A stretch of 54,968 nucleotides of DNA, counting the filler, from Bipalium vagum (lineage: Eukaryota): the NCBI GenBank assembly GCA_037834085.1. It is 3 parts of 3 records of this genome, joined end to end, with 100 filler letters (N's around TTAATTAATTAA, not from the genome) between each part and the next. Parts side by side here need not be neighbours in the genome. Positions count along the whole stretch, not along the records: positions 1 to 21,304 come from JBBMKC010239205.1; positions 21,405 to 37,969 come from JBBMKC010105128.1; 1 more part is not named here. The stretch is one strand, 5' to 3'. This document shows positions 13,336-24,790 of this stretch, in pieces (position 1 is the first letter of the stretch; each line of letters starts with the position of its first letter). The notes beneath the pieces were generated by a model. That model was not told where the DNA came from, searched no databases, and saw only the letters and a list, made by a program, of their open reading frames with translations. Both the position numbers and the translations under genes were made by a program.

Positions 13336-13516
13336 GGGTCGTTTCCCCAACATAAATTTTTCCCAACTTAAAAATTTTCTAAAAAAATTGGATGAATGGA
13401 ATTGTAAATCTTGTGAGAGATGGAGTATTATAGGAAATATAGATTTTACAACTTATGAAATTTTGGTTACTTTAGTAGTGGTTGAAGATTAATTTTTGTT
13501 TTTATTTTTAAAAAAT

Positions 13517-13955
13517 ATGACACAAAACTTATTAGGGTTTATATGTAAATATGGAATTAATTCAACATCAAATTTTGATTTAATAAATTTTGATGAGGAC
13601 TTAGAAATGCCCTTAAAAGTTTTTATGTGGGATGAAATCCATTGTGTTTATAAAAACACGAAAGATGAATTTAAAGAAAAAGATATTAAAAAGAAATTCC
13701 ATTAATTATTAATTATCAAAATACAAATCAAAAAGGAATTCATTGGGTTGGATATTATAAAATTTTTATTTTGATTCTTATGGTTTACCACCACTTGATG
13801 ATTTAGAAAATCATGTAAATGAGTACAACAAATTTGATTTTCAATCTGAAACAGATTTAGAGTATTGTGGATAATTAAGTTTATACGTTTTATATCAAAT
13901 ATATAATGAAAAAAAAATTGAGGAAATTTTAGAAGAGTTGGAATGTTATTTTTGA
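13517..13955 (+). pseudogene. Adenain-like cysteine protease of Polinton, copy 1
   Basis: STSNFDL..PLKVFMWDE; after a frameshift IINYQNTNQKGIHWVG (catalytic His), FDSYGLPPL, and Q......YCG (catalytic Cys); stops and frameshifts. Confidence 0.82.
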
Positions 13956-13981
13956 AAAGTTAAAATTAAAAATAAAAAAAT

Positions 13982-14640
13982 ATGGGTGATCAAGTATTTG
14001 GTAATATTGCTGAAAATGGAGAATATATTTATACCAAAGCTATAAATCATAATGATGATGACGAAGATGAAGAAATTGAAATAAAAAAAGAAGTAAATTT
14101 TATTAGAAATGTTACTGGAGATTCAATGAAAGGAATTTTAAATATGAATAATAATAAAATAATAAATATAGCTGATTCAATAAATGATAATGATGTTGTA
14201 CATTTTAAATTTATAAAAGAGATGAATTAACTGATAATATTTTAATAAAAAGAATGATCTTTCTCTTAAATATGAAGATGTTAATTTTTTTGAACATTTT
14301 GATATTAATTCAGATTTACCAAATACTCTTCAACCTATAATTAGTAAAAAATTTATGACAATAAATAATATTAAATTCGAATTAGCAAAAAAAAATAATG
14401 AAATTTCTATGAAACATTCAAATTCTGATAATTGGTTAAGTTTAACAGTTGGTTTTAAGTCTTTGTTGGAAGGAAAATATTATTCAGATATTTATAATGA
14501 TCGATAGAAAAAAGAATTTTATAATAAAGGCCTAGCTTTATATTTAGATTTCACAAAATTTATCAAATGATCTATGAAGTCATTATATATAAACAATATT
14601 TAAAAGAAATTGAATGAAGAACAATAAATAAAAAAAGAAG
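13982..14640 (+). pseudogene. Fiber-like ORF, copy 1
   Basis: GDSMKGILNMNNNKIINIADSINDNDVV resembles the GxLxMxxxKIxNLxDPxxxxDAV shaft repeat of phage tail fibres and Polinton fiber-like proteins; directly downstream of the protease. Confidence 0.55.
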
Positions 14641-14689
14641 GAGGTTATAAAATTTACAAACATTACATTAGATGGTTTTTTAGCTATTA

Positions 14690-16560
14690 AATTACATGAG
14701 TAATGAGCTGCTCCTCTATATCTTTCATTGAAGTGATCATGATCTTTAACTTTTGATTTATATTTTGCGGTTGTAAAACTTTTTTTACAGTATATACATT
14801 CTGTTGCATTATTAAAATTAACTTTATCCTTACTTTGTAATGCCAACTTCGTTGGATCTTCTTCACTCTTATACATTTTTATATTTGTTTTTAATAGTTC
14901 AATTAATTCTTTTTCCTTTTTATTTAACCATTTAAATCTTTTTTACAGTATTCTCCTGTAAATAAAATATTTTCATTCTCTTTAATTGTGGATATTTAGA
15001 TATTAATTTGCATCTTAATAAGGTACTTGATTAAAGAGATCCAACGAAGGTGGTATTACTGTGGAAGTGTCCAACAAAGTTGGCTTTACTTTGAAATCTT
15101 CTCTTTGAGAAGTCAACTTTGTTGAATCATCCTAACTATTTTGTTCTTTAACTAAAGGTAAAGCAGACTTCATCTGTTCTTCAATTTTTACATTATGAAA
15201 AGGTAAATTAACACTTTCAATATCTGCTATAATAAATGGTATTCTAATCATTTTTAATAATTAGTAAATTTTAAAATATTATTATTATATCCTCTAAATT
15301 TATTGAATTCAGTATTAGACATGTTTACCTTAGCTGGCTTATGATTTATAAATAATCTTTTATGATTTTCATGAGCTGCTAAAGTTGTTTGATAACTCTC
15401 ATCTACATCTCTTATAAAAATGTAACTCTTTATTTGGACGTAATTCATACCCCATTTCACCACGCATATGTATTTCAAAATTTTTAAATAAAATATAATG
15501 ATAATTGAGTGATTTACTTCGTTCATTATTGACTGAAAAGAAACCTTTATTATTCTTTGATACTTCCGAAGGAATTCGAACTTTGTTGGACTGGCCGAAG
15601 ATCTTGACGGCTTTGCCGGATACTAATAATAAGTCTATAGATTTTGTATTTAACTCCTCATTTAAATCTGAATAATATATTAAATCTGTTTTATAGTTTT
15701 CTCTTACATTCCCCTTACCCATTAATTCATATGCATTTATTTGTATGTTTATCTTTTTTTCAAATCGTTTTATATCATTAATTGAAACCCACTTATTTCC
15801 TGATGTAGACTCATCTAATGCTTTAAATAATACAGTATCATAAATATATCTATTTGGATCATTAGCACTTTTGTTTAAGGGATTTAAATGCACTAATACA
15901 CAATAATGAAAACATTTATTATGTGTTTTTATATTAACAAAACAATTACTTCTAGAAGGTAATTCTATAAAAGAACTCCCTTTTATTGAATTTATTTTTA
16001 CAACTTTAACTTTAATAGAATAATATTTGTCAATTATCCATCCTGATCCTTTTACTCTATCTATTTCTCTATCCAACAATTCTTGATAATTAGAAATACC
16101 ACTGATTATATCAACCTCTGTTATATGTCTATTTAGATTTATAATCTGATCAGATTCAATCTTTTTGTAACGAATTCATTATCTCTAGTATTATTTATCG
16201 TAACATAAACTATAAATTGATATTAATTTTTTTATCAAAAAAATTTATTTAACATGTTTTGTAAATAATTCATTATATTATCTGTATTATTTATTACATA
16301 TTATATTATACTAATATTTTGTGAAGAAATATCATGAATCGTTTTTCATCTATTTTAAATTGAGAAGCATTGTCATCTTCATTCACTAAAGTATCATCCC
16401 CTCGGCAAGCCAATTTCACTGGATCATTATATACTAATGGTTCTTGAACTGAATTTAGATGAAATAAATGTTTTTTGATTTTTTATGTTCACCTAATGCA
16501 TGTGATTTTTAAAAATCTTGATTACAAATTTCACATTTACATTCATTCATTTTATTCATT
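14690..16560 (-). pseudogene. N-terminal part of Polinton/adintovirus protein-primed family B DNA polymerase
   Basis: C2H2-like CEICNQDF..HALGEHKKSK.H near 16540; GSGW..GSSFIELP..NIKTHNKCFHYCVL.HLNP (ORF 15399-16079); PFIIADIES ~15230; CIYC..KVKDHDHFNERYRGAAHYSCNL (endonuclease VII-like motif, ORF 14583-14876). Truncated before the polymerase core. Confidence 0.87.
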
Positions 16561-17299
16561 ATATTTTTTATATTTCTCCCAGCGGAAGACAATTAATGAA
16601 AAATAATTATATTAAAAATGAAATCAATAATTAAAAAATTTCAAAAAATAAAATCATATAAATAATCATAATTCACAAGATAAGGAGTTAATTTCAAGTT
16701 TCTAAAAACTTCAAATCATTTGTAGTAGAGAAATATGAAAAGAAAATAAATACTAAAGAAAGTGGGATAACATCAAAAGAATTTAAGGAACTCACTTTAG
16801 AAGCAATTTTAAAATTAAATCTGAAAGAAGCTAATTCTACTCCACTCTCTTTTGAGGATTGCTTTTCAATCTATAAGTGTTTCCAATCGGTCAGTTTAGA
16901 ACAAATTATTATTGAATTAAAAAAGTAGTCAGGATTAGAAACGAAATTAAAAAATATTACTTTAGGATATAAAATACAAAATGGTAGTTATATTTAAATG
17001 TTTTACACATTTATTTTTAAAAAAATTATATCTTAATTAAAGAAGAGTTAAAATCTCAAAATATTATAATATGTAGATCAGTTTTTCATTTTACACTAAG
17101 TTTATATATAAATTTGCAAAGGAATATCCTAAAAAAGCACAATTATCGTTTTCATTACATTTCATAAAAAATAATTTTAGTGAAATAAAGAAAATTGTAG
17201 AAGAAGAAGAAACGTTTTGGAAGTTAGGATTATAATACTTTAGTGAATAAAATTAAAAAATTAAAACTTCTTTATCTTTTATTTATATTCTTTTTAAAG

Positions 17300-18040
17300 T
17301 TCATTTTTCAACTCTTTTTTAACTTCTTTATTAAGTTTTTCAATAACATTCCCCTCTTTTATCTTTTTAATATTTTCCATACATCAGTAATTAATATTTT
17401 TACTTGTTCAACTTCATCATTAGTTAAAATTTTATCTTCTAATGCTTTTAATTGAAATATATAAAGTTTATTAATTGATAATTCTATTGTTTCACAAATT
17501 TCTTTATATATCTTTTTTTTTCAAAGTAAGCCTTATACTTATTGTTTCTCCAATAAATAATTGTACAGCCCCAAAATTGATGTTGCAACTGGAATATAAA
17601 TTAATGAACTTGTTCCTAATGTTGTTATTCCTGTCACAAAGCAGTTTCAATTCCAATAATTCCTCGAATAAAAATACTTCCTAATTTTAAATTTGAATCT
17701 ATAGAAGTATATTTATATTTTAATTTTTTATAATGTTTTAAATCCTCTATAACTTGTTTCATCACAAGCTTCACGAGCTATAAGACCACTTTGCATCTTT
17801 TCCTTAAATCACCAATAGATAATTTCAATTGCATTAAAATCTTTTGAATTTGATTTTGTTAATTCAATTTGCCATTTTTTGAGATATTCAAGAAATGTTA
17901 TAAAATATTTGTTAAATTTATAATATTTTAATTGAAGATTGCTTTCAAATTCTTTCAAAATTTTTAGATCTTCTTTAGAATTATATTGTGTAATTTCTAT
18001 TTCAATTTTTTTTATTTTATTTTTTATTTTTTTTTCTTTT
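17300..18040 (-). pseudogene. Polinton-associated ORF remnant with hydrophobic Gly/Thr-rich segment
   Basis: Decayed frame reads GSIFIRGIIGIETAL.TGITTLGTSSLIYIPVATSILGLYNYLL (~17680-17550) between Lys-rich helical stretches; collinear with the other minus-strand viral genes. Confidence 0.4.
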
Positions 18041-18049
18041 TCATATTAT

Positions 18050-18375
18050 TTTAATTGACTTTTAATATTAAATAAAAGAGAATTATTTGTTCTAGTTACT
18101 ATTCTATTTATACTAATTTCATTTAATAAATCTTTTCTAATTTGTTTCATATATTTTTAATTTACAACATCATTATCATTTATTGAATCTGTCACATTTA
18201 TTATTTTATTATTATTCATATTTAAACTTCCTATCATAGTAACACCAGTAAAATTTAGAAATTTATTTTCTGATTCAGTTTGAATAAAAGTTATTTCTTT
18301 TTTTATTTTATTTTTTTAATTTTTATAATCATTATAAAAATAAGGAGTTTTAAAATATGTAAAATTATCGCTCAT
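18050..18375 (-). pseudogene. Fiber-like ORF, copy 2
   Basis: TGVTMIGSLNMNNNKIINVTDSINDNDVVN*KY, homologous to 14110-14210 in inverted orientation. Confidence 0.55.
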
Positions 18376-18479
18376 TTTTGTAGTTTTAAGTTTTCCAGAA
18401 GAACATATTTTAACTCCTTTAACATGTGATCAAAGCTCTCATGAAGCGAGCGTTTGGCTCTAGAACCTTCGGTGCGTTT

Positions 18480-18865
18480 TATTTCATTATCCTCAAACCT
18501 CTTTTTATTAAACAACTTATATAAAACATATAAAGTTAATTGTCCACAATATTGTATATGAATATTCGATTGACAGTCAATTTTATTATATTCTTTTACA
18601 TGTTTTTCTAAATCTTCAAGTGGTGGTAAACCATAGGAATCAAAATAGTGTTCATTATAATAACCAATCCAAGAATTCCTTTTTGATTTTGATTTTGATA
18701 ATTAATAATTAATGGAACTTCATATTTTATTCTTTTCTCTGTTACTTCATCTTTCATTAAAACTTTTAAGGACATTTCTAAGTCTTCAGCTATATCTATT
18801 AAATCAAAATTTGAAGTTGTATTAATAACATATTTACAAAGGAAATCAAGTAAATTTAAATTCAT
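18480..18865 (-). pseudogene. Adenain-like cysteine protease of Polinton, copy 2
   Basis: MNLNLLDFLCKYVINTTSNFDL..PLIINYQNQNQKG, then (frameshift) YFDSYGLPPLEDLE and QSNIHIQYCGQLTLYVLY; clearly homologous to copy 1. Confidence 0.82.
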
Positions 18866-18894
18866 TTTTAAAAATAAAATTTAGCTTTTTTTAA

Positions 18895-19330
18895 TAAGGG
18901 TTAAAATACAAACCACTCTCTTGCTTAATTATTTTAATTTTATTTTTACACATCTTTTGTAATAACTATTTTAATTCTTTTCTATCTGATTTACTTAATT
19001 TTTTATATTCTAAACTATTTAAAATTGAATTTCTTAACCCCTTTTCAAAATAAGGGTCATCATACAATCCCGCATCACATGTCACTTCTTTTGGTTTCTG
19101 ATTTTCAATTTCCATTTCTAACTTTGTTTTCTCTATATCAGTTTTTTGTGCTTCTTTTGCTTTTTGTACTGCAGTCGCAAATCCTTCTGCTAGACCACCT
19201 GCTGCACCTAATCCTGCAAATATTGCACCTTATATTGGTATTAATGGTAATACATCACCTTATTTTCATCTTCAATTTCATCTTAAATTTTAATTATTAT
19301 TTTTTTAGACAAATATTTTTCCTCATCATT
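18895..19330 (-). pseudogene. Polinton core/membrane-active protein-like ORF (GGFLPL-type)
   Basis: GDVLPLIPI*GAIFAGLGAAGGLAEGFATAVQKAKEAQK followed by two GLYxxPY motifs (DAGLYDDPY, ESGLYFNPY), immediately upstream of the protease. Confidence 0.65.
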
Positions 19331-20329
19331 TAATATTATCACTTTTGATTCACCAACATCAAATATTTTTTTATAATTTGTCTTCTGTAATTTTAGTCAT
19401 TTATTCATGAAACTTTTGATGCAATTTTTTTATCCTCTGGGTTACGTTAATTTATATATCATATGAAAGAGAGTTTAATTATCTTTTATTTGATATATAG
19501 ATTGTTGTAATCGGCTCGGTTGATCAAAAGTCGACAGTGATTGAATACCTTGAAGGTTTATACCCTTTTGAACTGGCACAGTGTATGTATTTCGAAGGTA
19601 TTGTAATATACTAACACCAATTTGAAACTTATATTTTTTCCTATATTGATTTGAATTAAAACATGTGCTTTGGTCATAAATTTCATATGCATATATTCAT
19701 ACTGATTTTGCAATGTGTCAATTTTTTCAATTCTCTAATGTTTATTATTGATTTTAACATATCATTCATCAATTTATTATTTATTTTTTATTTAAAAAAA
19801 TGTATAAAAATATGTATGTGAAGTTTTTAATAGAAGTATTTCAAAATATAATTAGTGCAACAATTTAAATAGAAACGTATACTTTTAAAATAGGACTAAT
19901 ATAAATACTAATGAAAGTATTAATAAAAGTATTAATGAAAGAAATAATAATGAGAAAATAAGAGAAAAATATCCGTCTATTTACAAAAAACAGGTGGTGA
20001 TTTACAAATAATATATTTTTAATTAATTTGCAACATGGAAATATCCAAGAGAATTACATTTAAAATCCTTAAACCCTTTTAATAAGACAAAATCTAGACA
20101 AAAACAAAAATAATAATGACATAAAGATAATAAATAATTAATAAGAAAAATTAGAAAACTGTTTTAGAAAAAATAATAAGATTAATAAAATTTAGATAGT
20201 TGCCAAGTAATAACACTATACAATAAATTTGTTTTACCACTACCAGGACCAATAATTAACATTCTAAATATTTGTGGTAAATTAGGATGATGATTAAATT
20301 TTGTAAAATTATCATAACATAATTTTTTC

Positions 20330-21120
20330 ATATTTTAAAAGATTTTTTTTTATTATTTCTTAATTATTATTAATTATTTTAAATTTTATTTCATTTATAT
20401 TTTTTGCTATAAAAGGAAAATAAATTGAAAAATTTGGTCAATCAAGAATTTTAAATCCTCTAGAAACAGTATTTGATGGAAAATCATAAATGATTTTACT
20501 ACGTGTAACAATAGACTGTCTCGATGTTTGTTGTTTCTCTGCTGAAAAATCCTCTTTCTAAAATATTACAATTTATTTAATAACAAAATTATACTTATAT
20601 TAGAAATATTACCTCGTTTTGAATAATAAATTTTTGCTTTATAAATTTTTTTCAGTTTCAAATCCTAAAAGAAAAGCTCTAGAGTTTTGTTTAGGCAATA
20701 CAATTTGACAATCTTTTTTTTTCATCACACAATTTGAAGAAAATGGATATGGCTTAATTTTTAAAATAATATTCTTAATCTTTTAATTCTTCTAATCCCT
20801 ATTCATATTTTTTAGTATTTTCAATTGATTTAGATATTTTTGTAATTTCATAGGAACCAGGAGATGATAATAATTCTTTTTCAACCAGTATACCTTTACT
20901 ATCTTTTAGCTATAATCTTATACTACTATTATTATTCTTATTGTTAATTTAAAAATAGTATTACAAGTTGAAGAATAAACTAAGCCTAATTCATAATTAA
21001 AATTTGAATCAAGATATGAAGGATTTTGTAAAAAAAATTTATTTCAGATTTTCATAAATATTGTTGGAAATTTTTTAATTAAATGTTAAGATATTTTTGT
21101 AGTGATTCTTCTGAATTCAT
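20330..21120 (-). pseudogene. Polinton minor capsid protein (penton) remnant
   Basis: FFLQNPSYLDSNFNYELGLVYSSTCNTIF, SPGSYEIT, NSRAFLLGF and IIYDFPSNTVSRGFKI correspond to penton motifs PIxLxxxYELGL..YNSIPNI, PxGSYEI, NSxxxLLGF and YxFxxxVPPGYKI. Confidence 0.75.
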
Positions 21121-21227
21121 TTTACATTTATTTATTTTTATAAATTAAATTTAGCTTTTACCTTACCATAATTTTTTCCTAATTGATCAAGAAAATATTT
21201 AGGCTTCTAGATATGCAATCCTTTTCA

Positions 21228-21304
21228 TTTTATTATTATTATTATTATTTTATTATTATTAGTTTATTATTATTATTATTATTATTATGATTATTTCTAT
21301 TATT
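21228..21304. repeat. Imperfect (ATT)n microsatellite abutting a gap
   Basis: Direct ATT tandem repeats. Confidence 0.9.
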
Positions 21305-21404
21305 NNNNNNNNNNNNNNNNNNNNNNNNNNNNNNNNNNNNNNNNNNNNTTAATTAATTAANNNNNNNNNNNNNNNNNNNNNNNNNNNNNNNNNNNNNNNN
21401 NNNN
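21305..21404. other. Assembly gap (100 nt) with TTAATTAATTAA linker
   Basis: N run with a central six-frame-stop linker. Confidence 0.97.
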
Positions 21405-21464
21405 TTCAGTATTAAACAATTCACACTTTTAATGTAAATTTTTAAAATTCTAAATAAAACCTGA

Positions 21465-21465
<1 letters not shown>

Positions 21466-21519
<54 letters not shown>
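21466..21519. repeat. (ATT)n microsatellite
   Basis: About 18 perfect ATT units. Confidence 0.95.
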
Positions 21520-22655
21520 GACTTTTACTAATTATGATAAACAGTGAAACCAAATCAATACTCAATAAAACCCCAATTGAGTACTTTTCCACCGGTCTTC
21601 AGTTTCGTTAATTTCAGTTACTTCTTAACGTATTATAATAAAACACTTTTTACGTTTACTCTAAGGAAAGCCTGTAAAAGCAGATTATTCGAGTTTGAGA
21701 AACGTCTTTCGTTAATATTATACTTTCATATTTTTCTGATACCCGATGTTCCTTGGTAGATCAAAGTAATTATTTTAATTTTTATGGCTGCTCATACAAT
21801 GGTTTTACTTTGATTTTCCGTCATTTCAGTTCAGCTAACCTTCTGCAGCTTACTGATTAAAACAAAAATCACATGGGGATAGAAATTCCCCTATAATATT
21901 TATGGGTTTAATCAGTGATGAATTATACATTACTGCTCCAGCTTGTAATAAATCTTTAATTTTATCAATTAAATTTTGTTTATGAGCTGGAAAATTTTAA
22001 GTGTACTAATTAATAGTTTTATGGAAATAATGATAAATTTTTCTCAATTACTCTCAAATTTGGAGTTTATATGACATTTGAGAGCAATTCCATTGAAATG
22101 ATATACTCAAGAAAATATTAGAAGGCAAATTAAATTTTGTAAATATATTTAATTCTGTTTTTAATATTTAAACAAATTCTCCATTTTTAATAAAAATATT
22201 CTTTCATTTAATAAATTATTATTATAATATATTAATACATATAAAGTTATAATTAAAATCATAATCATTTCTTCTTTTCTTCGTATTTCTTCATATCTTC
22301 ATTGAAGAAATATTCATTAATTTTTTGTTTTGTCAAATAAATTTTCCATTATTTCTTGGTTTTTTTACACCATTTTTTATTCTCCTACAAACGTTGTATT
22401 CTATTTCAAGCAATTCATATTTCTTTTCCAACATTAAAGAACCAATTATATTCTTTTATATTCCACTTTATATTTCAAAAGTATAAAAGAATCATATGAT
22501 AATTCCTACATGAATCTTACATACGAAGGGTTTCAGACGTCTTATTTTATTGACAGCAATCAAAACATTTCATCATTAAAACTAGGTCTAAGAAAATTTT
22601 ATTATTTATACACAATTTCTGCAATTTCCTTATTGTTTGTCTACACTGCAGAAGA

Positions 22656-22657
<2 letters not shown>

Positions 22658-22709
<52 letters not shown>

Positions 22710-22724
22710 GATTATTATTATTAT
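22658..22724. repeat. (ATT)n microsatellite
   Basis: Tandem ATT; source of the spurious poly-I and poly-N ORFs. Confidence 0.95.
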
Positions 22725-23699
22725 AAAAACAAAAGTATCTCGAAATTACCGAAACATTCACACATGACTTGAAGGCAGTTGAATTAAAACAAATAAATAC
22801 CACATTGAAAATTGATATCAAACTTTGGTGGATATTAAATAAAACTTTTCGTTGATGAAGACTTCTATTCCTTGTTTAAATTCATATAACATTAAAACAA
22901 AAACGATAATTTACGTTACAAAAATTGAAACACTTCAATGAAATCTAGTAAGTAATATTAAGATATCTCATATCGTTCCTGTTAAATTATTAAAGCCATT
23001 CACGTCCCAGGAGACGTCTTGAATTTTGAAACATTCACAAAAATTAATTTTCCAACCTTGACTTATTGATTTTCGATAAACAATGACGCTTGAGCAAGGG
23101 CCTCTTCACAAATGGCATTCTAGGGACCTCATTAAAATGCAATTAATTCATTATAATTTTTAGTCAGGTTTCATTGTTAATTAAGCCTATAACAGTTTCT
23201 TCAGACTTTGAATGAATACTTTGTGAAAATATACTTTACTGAATGGTGAAATGAAGAACATGTTTTTCTGAATGTCTCTTTATTTCATTAGCCTGGTGGC
23301 GAAGTCGATTAGGCAGAACAACATCGAGCCTGACTCTCATATTTCCTTTGTCAGTTTTAGGGATAGCTCCAAGTAAGAATCCACTCGGCTGTGATGTCGA
23401 AGATGAAATTTAGGTTAAATAATAAAATATGATAAAAAATGTGCTTTCTGTAAGTGAAAAAACTAAAACTAAATTCAACATCCTCGGTTCCAGAAATCGC
23501 AAACTTTTTATAGTATTAAAAGGCGTAATAGCAACGAAATCTCGCCATTTTCAAAGAATATGCACCACGTATTATTTTAATGAACTGCATCTGTTGTTTT
23601 ATTAATCTAATTTAATCATTTATCCACATTTGTGACTTATTTAAATATTAAGTAAATAATTATGAATATTAAAAATATTGCTATATGACCAAAATAGAA

Positions 23700-23790
23700 A
23701 AAATAACATTCATTAAACTATCGCACTTTCAAGGAGATGAAATAGTTGGAATTCATGAAGGTGGAATATGTTTCAGAGACATAACCCGAC
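23700..23790 (+). mobile_element. Tc1-like transposase N-terminal fragment
   Basis: KLSHFQGDEIVGIHEGGICFRDITRR resembles LSDFERGRIVGxxEAGxSxRxIARR. Confidence 0.5.
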
Positions 23791-24260
23791 GTGCGACTGA
23801 AGGCGGTTAATGGCCTCTGGGAACCCACCTTTTTTCTGTTATGATTGACTAAGTATATCCATTTTTCATCTGATTGAACAATACGTCTTCAAAAGCGATC
23901 AACTCAAGAAAGTTTTGCACGTATCAACTCTGTCCCTCGCTTGCTCTTCCCTTAGGGAGTGTGGGTCTTGTCTTGGTTTTTCGTGTATAAAATAGAGTTG
24001 ATATAAATTACACAAGAAAGTTGTTTGATGTACACCAATATTTTACAGCTACATCGCGTGAACTTGAAAAAGGATTGTCCTTCAATTAATCACCCACTAG
24101 CTCAATTAATCTCCGTTATTAAAGCGCTTGAGCCATTTAACATCAGTTCTCTGAGCAGCAATTTTTTCACCTTCAAACTCCCATATCTCCTTGCAAGCAT
24201 CCCTCGTGCTTACTTTATAGCAATATTTTATATAAAATCAATCATATATAATATTTTCAT
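23785..24260 (-). mobile_element. Decayed mariner transposase
   Basis: ACKEIWEFEGEKIAAQRTDVKWLKRFNNGD (HTH), PHSLREEQARDRVDTCK, RRIVQSDEKWIYLVNHNRKK. Confidence 0.8.
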
Positions 24261-24707
24261 TATTTGTTTTAAAATTCCTATTTTTCTCCAAATCAGTCGA
24301 CAATAGAAAGTAAACAGGATACATTTATTCTAGAATTCAATGAGCCCAGATTATTTTGAAAAACTTGGTAATTAAACCACGAAATTCTTTTCTGATCCAT
24401 TTCTTCCATTTCATAAAACATTTTGGTATCGACGTCTGAATTGGAGTGTCCCTATTATACCTAAATAACATATTATCATATCCCTATACGTTCTCGTGAT
24501 GCAAACTGATTCGTCTGAACTTTAATGGATTTAGAACTAATTAATATGGGAAATATGATTGAAGTTTTAAAAATAATAATTTTCTCTTTTTAATTATTTT
24601 TTTACTGGATTTACCATTTTGTTCTGTTCTTTTTCAGTTTCCTTAAACTTTTTTCATGAAAATATTTGCATAATCATTTCACTATTGTGATACTTCAAAT
24701 ATAATAA

Positions 24708-24768
<61 letters not shown>

Positions 24769-24790
24769 TATAATATAATAATAATAATAA
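24708..24790. repeat. (AAT)n microsatellite
   Basis: Tandem AAT. Confidence 0.95.

Larger units (their letters stand above)
13337..21120. mobile_element. Endogenous Polinton/Maverick (adintovirus-like) relic, rearranged and decayed
   Basis: Contains pPolB N-terminal motifs, two adenain-like protease remnants, two fiber-like ORFs, a GG-cleavage-type core-protein-like ORF and a penton (listed separately). Gene-dense and intronless. No integrase, packaging ATPase or major capsid recognised. Confidence 0.85.

Noticed and set aside
20030-20100. YPRELHL as the start of a Polinton integrase or phospholipase ORF
   Set aside because: Too short; no downstream motifs.
21305-21404. TTAATTAATTAA palindrome inside N runs (also 37970-38069)
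   Set aside because: Identical artificial scaffolding linker; adjacency across the gaps is not proven.
22510-22821. Poly-Ile and poly-Asn ORFs
   Set aside because: Translations of an (ATT)n microsatellite.
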